Assembly (NCBI GenBank): GCA_904063045.1
Contig: CAJFCJ010000013.1
Coordinates: 1,160,156-1,224,155, forward strand
Direction of reading: 5' to 3'
DNA: 64,000 nt
Source of the DNA: Dimorphilus gyrociliatus
Taxonomy: Eukaryota > Animalia > Annelida
Made by a program: the position numbers and the translations under genes. Under the pieces are notes generated by a model. The model worked only from the letters and a program-made list of their open reading frames with translations, made no database searches and was not told the origin of the DNA. Positions 59,197-64,000 of the stretch are shown here, piece by piece; position 1 is the first letter of the stretch; each line of letters opens with the position of its first letter.

Positions 59197-59750
59197 GTTG
59201 TTTTCGCCGATCTTTCGTAAGGAAATGCTAGCTTTTCGTTGTCAATGGATACGAGACATTAGATTGTCTTCGTAGGAATACGAAATTATAACCGATAGAT
59301 GGCGACTATAGTCTTTCATTAAAGACATGAGTCTATTAAAAGAGATTGGTGGCAGTGCATTTAGTTCCGTTTTTGAAAACTATTAGAATATTGCATTATC
59401 TTTACTCGTAGTATAAAACGTAGAAACGAAAAGAAAATACTTTCCAACAACAAAAAAGGAACAAAAAAAAATATAGTCAAATAAAGAAACCTTAAAATGT
59501 AAATTAACAAAAGTGTCAAAATAATAAGAACAAATAATGGCTGTAATCCATAAATAGAGCACACTTTAAAAGTAACAAAAAAAAGATGACTATAGTACAA
59601 AAGAATAAATAACATTTAAAATACTTAAAAGATGAGAAACATTATTTCTTATAAAATATTAATAATTAAATAAAATTCATTTGACGTTGCAATTATAGAT
59701 ATGATCAAAAGAGGAGGGATAGTTTCCTGCATAGTTGGAAAAGAGAAAGG

Positions 59751-59752
<2 letters not shown>

Positions 59753-59790
<38 letters not shown>
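59753..59790. repeat. (GA)n microsatellite
   Basis: A gagagaga run of about 16 units, followed by a short (TC)/(TATC) tract. Confidence 0.9.
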
Positions 59791-61027
59791 AAAAAAAGGG
59801 GCTATTCTATCACGCACTAGTTTCTCTCTCTATCTCTATCTATATGTATCTATTTAAGAGAAGACTGGTTTGAAAGTATCTTGTCATCGCTATTTTTTAA
59901 TTAGGTGATAAAATTTCCATTTTTGTGATCTTCTTTATATTATCCAACAAACTATGTATATATAATATATGGGGTATAATATGACAACATTCTAATCAAA
60001 TTCTAATTACGACTCACAATCTCTATCCCTAATTCGATACATATGGGATTTTTTTCTATTTTTTATCCTGGGATTACGCGGTATTTAAATAATATAGATT
60101 CATTACTACATCTAAAAATTATCTAGAATTTAATAATACTATTCTCTTAAAAAAATATTGAGTAGTTTTAATTCTCTAGACGCTGTTTGTCAGTAAATGT
60201 TTGTATTTTATATATAATATATAAAATCGTTGCAGCGGAAGGTGAAAACTAATATAAAGTAAATTTCCTCTCTATTTTATATTTAGCCGGTTATGAAGAA
60301 TTGGAATAGAAAGAATAAAAGAAAAAAGGTTTCTGGCACTTAAAAGCTTATACAAATGTTGAATGGAGGTTATAATGAAAATAATACTATGGAAGGTATT
60401 ATATCATTTCCCCTAAGATTAATTTACAAGTTGTATTTCATGGTCCATGATAAGAATTTTTGATTATTATTGATGAAAGTCGGGTGAAAAAAGAACACTT
60501 TTAACCCTTTTAGAATCTGGAATTTCTGTTAAATGTATTGTAGGATGTAATGTAGGATTTTTTTTTTCGTGCGCTATTTTCTAATTAGTAGAGCAGCAGC
60601 AGCAGCAAAGATATTACACAAGGAAAGGATTAACTGTATATTCTATAGAGACATAAATTTATTATATATAATTAACAGTTTTATGCATATTAAACAATAT
60701 ATACAGTATATACAGTAAATAGTAAAAATAGCACGAGTAAGAAGAGAATAAGGATAATTGTTTATCATAACAAGTTTTCGCGTACTCAAGTCGTCATACA
60801 ACTTATTAATGGAATTTCTTTCTCTGGTAGTAAAGCCGTAAAATATTAAGATTAAGATTAATATCAATTACGACTTATCTGCAAAACAGTAAATAAATAT
60901 AACATTGAAAAGGTCCCAAAAGTCCTTATGCAATCATAATCAATAGTTTTCCTACTAGGTTAGCGAAGGATGAAAAAACAAATGTCAATTGAATTACAGT
61001 TGTAAGCGGTTTATGTTTGAGCAGCTA

Positions 61028-62221
61028 TTAATCTTGATGCGAAGAATCCAAATAGCCCAGAGAGATTATTTTCTGATACTGATCGGGAATTTCCATAAGT
61101 GCCTGACATGATATATAATATATATATATGATTTTTGTCCCTTTCATCTATTTTTTTATTATATAAAATATCTCACATGTAAGGCAAATGTAGCATCGGC
61201 GTGCTTTGAATTTCGTACAGAAGAGATTGCGAAATGATAATCTACAAAATGAAAATTGTCAAATTGACGTTTAGGCAAACGATGATCAAATTCTTCCATA
61301 ACGTCCCAAGGACCGTCTCCAACTCCAACGACAATAATACTGTATATATAAAAAAAATACAGGCGTATACAAAATCAATAGCAGCAATTTATTGATAGCT
61401 AAGTAACTACCTTAGAGGATACTTGCTTGCTTCTACAATAGCGTCGATTGTAGGACTTTCCTCGTTAACTTGGCCATCGGCAATAATAACCAGTACATGA
61501 TAAGAAACGTTCAGTTTAACTATTTCTACAGCTTTATTGATTATTGGTGCGAAACTAGTCGGACCACCGAGCGTTACTTTTCGTGTTGTTATATTATAGC
61601 GTTCCAAAATGTCTTCAAAATTTTTACAATGATTTTCTTTTAATGAAAAAACGCTTTCATCAGTTGTTAAAGCGTCTCCGAAGCCATACGAAGGAATGGA
61701 ATCACAATCAATAAACGGCTTCAATGTTTCGCCCAAAATATATATTACCTTTTGATATGGGTTATGAATCTTATTACCAACAATTTTGTGCAGGTTCTGC
61801 TGATTAAATGTTTTTCTTCCTTGCCATTCATTACTGGCCGTAAAGTCCACACCAATTATTAAATTGGCCTTGCCTAATCCGGCTTTCTTACAAGCTGTTG
61901 TTACTTCATCAAGGTTATGAAAATGTTCCTGTTTAAAACCAATATGCGTTTTTGTTTTTATCGTTGAAAAATGCATAGAAAATCAATAAAAATAAGTCTA
62001 AGCACCATTACCCCAAATGCCCTAAAAGAATCAATTTCCTCGCTATCATCGTATGGAAGGCCCAGGACGGCATAAACGCTGCTCAGTTTGAAACGTTCCG
62101 ATTTCTTTTTACGACGTCTTGGATCCATAGGTTGGATAGTCGGCTTCGGAGTTTTCTCATACATCCAATTAAGTATCAGGCCAAGTATTATAGCAAGGAC
62201 GTAGATTATTAAGGACATCAT
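61028..62221 (-). CDS. Copine/vWA-domain protein of RGLG type with N-terminal transmembrane segment and no RING
   Basis: [66 protein letters not shown] over four exons. Confidence 0.9.
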
Positions 62222-62731
62222 ACCACTCTCTTTTATAGTCCATTCTTTATGATCAATCTATATTTCACCATTATATTTTATACAATATGATTAGATAGCG
62301 TCGTCAAAGAAACAAAGTTTTTTAGATGTGCAATTTACTTATGACAGTTGCTTAGTGGTGAGACAACTATATATTAATTATGCAACAGGTTCTTAACAGG
62401 TTTAATATTGATTAATATTATACTTACCAGGCCATACATTACAATATGTAGCTTAGAACGGCTTAGGATGTATATAATATAAAGGATAGGTAGAGAATGA
62501 AAACTGGATAGAAAATATTTACCTCAAGTATTCGAACGGATAAAATATGTAAAAGAGCGCGCCAGATCGATTTTGCAGCTGCAAAGATGCGAAAGAGAAC
62601 TAACACACTCTGGAAATCGGAAATGGCGACAGAGTTTCTCTTTATTTTGCTTATAAAAAAAAAACTATAAAGGATATAGTCTTGTTGAAATAGAACAGAA
62701 TATATTTTGCACAGAACAATTAGATATCGAT

Positions 62732-63708
62732 TTATGTCAATCCCACAGTTTGACTTCCCTTCGCTATTGCCAGCAGTTCTCTTCCTATATCTTCAAAATT
62801 TCCCTCTGTAATTATCGCAAAATCATAAACTTTATTATTCAAAAACTTAAACGCTTAGTTTAAGTATTTAGTATTAACTAAAGATGTGATAAAAGAAGTG
62901 AAAATTAGTTATTTACCTTCCAGGAAATCATTACCAAGTTCTCGGAAAGTTACAGCAATCCTTCTATTCTTTATATGGGAAATTTTTATCGAATGTTCCC
63001 ATATGTATCGCGCTTCGTCGGCTATAATAGTAAGAGATCTAGCTGGCAAAGGCATTAAAATTTCAATACCCTTTTTTTCAGGATGAGTTAAAGTTAATAT
63101 AGTGTCTGATAAAAGATTTAAGGTCACTAGCCGGTTTCCCCATATCCAAGTGTCATCTACGTGGGGATCTATTGACGATCCACGCTCGGGGACGTATTCT
63201 AAGTTGCAAACCTCAACTGGGGAAAATTCTGCTAAAAGTTCTATATTCTGCATTTTGTCTGCAATTTTGCGTGAAAATTCCGGAATCCCCTTAAAATCTA
63301 AGTACTTCACTTTACGCTTCTTAAAATTCACTTTAGGGCCGAAATCTTGCTTTCTTCTGCCAGATTGGGAATTGTTCCACGGCTGATTGTCTATATAATT
63401 CATGATATCATCTTCTTCTTCCTTTGTAACGAAATCCGGCAAAACTAGTATTGAGTTTAAAGCTATTCCATTTTCTCTGTCATGTTTGTCCCCCTCCAAG
63501 TAAGATCGCTTACATTTTATGCAATACTTAAACTCCGTCGTGTCTAATATTTTCTAAAAGTTAACAGGAAATTTATATAATGTGACTGTAAAAATACATC
63601 ATATTAAAAAATACCAACATTTTCTTTTGATAGGTTCGGCTCGCATATAAGACATCGCCTAATACCTTTACAACCACAAGTTTTCAGCGTGCCAACCGAT
63701 AATGCCAT
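62732..63708 (-). CDS. ALKBH4: Alpha-ketoglutarate-dependent dioxygenase AlkB homolog 4
   Basis: CGCKGIRRCLICE, QDFGPKVNFKKRK, CNLEYVPERGSSIDPHVDDTWIWG. Exons 63708-63619, 63553-62913 and 62805-62732. Confidence 0.95.
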
Positions 63709-64000
63709 CAGTTTAGAAATGAAAACTGGTAATCGAAGCGGAAATAGTTCAACTCTGAACAACCGGTATGCGGTAGATTTAAACTTCTCTAACAATAAAT
63801 AATTATACACTCAATACAAGACTTTATTAAAATGTTTATAGTAGGAGTATTTTATTTAGAACTTGACGATGTATTTTCTCTGAAATAGTTTAATTTTCAC
63901 ATCATTTTGATGTATAACTGTATATCCATTAGAAACATTTAATAGTAATAGAAAACAATAATTTTCATTATCACAGAACAATGCAGGATTCATTGTAACC

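Overview
This is eukaryotic (animal) genomic DNA: AT-rich, very gene-dense (about 22 protein-coding loci in 64 kb), with short GT-AG introns of mostly 50-90 nt. The gene set and compaction fit a small-genome invertebrate such as a spiralian. The annelid Dimorphilus gyrociliatus is a plausible source, but that is inference only. Conserved genes, in order: Su(H)/CSL, ASPHD-like hydroxylase, NF-kB p100/p105-Relish type, Ras, HIPK, TAO kinase, HPD, DNAJC5/CSP, FASTKD1-like, GCN1, PRODH, NME5, an RGLG-type copine/vWA protein and ALKBH4. All spliced models were rebuilt by hand from splice signals and reading-frame phase. The most unusual items are: (1) an LMW-PTP pseudophosphatase (catalytic Cys to Ser) split by a ~190-aa acidic insert; (2) a secreted precursor with two tandem 6-Cys modules separated by a KRSR site; (3) a ~10-kb island (30.1-40.3 kb) lacking conserved single-copy genes, holding an intron-containing retropepsin gene with acidic heptad repeats, an inverted DNAJC5 duplicate with HPD changed to HPN, and duplicated small ORFs; (4) an IkB-type DSGIDS degron inside NF-kB; (5) a 7-kb single exon in GCN1. 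No tRNA, rRNA, CRISPR array or complete transposon was recognised.
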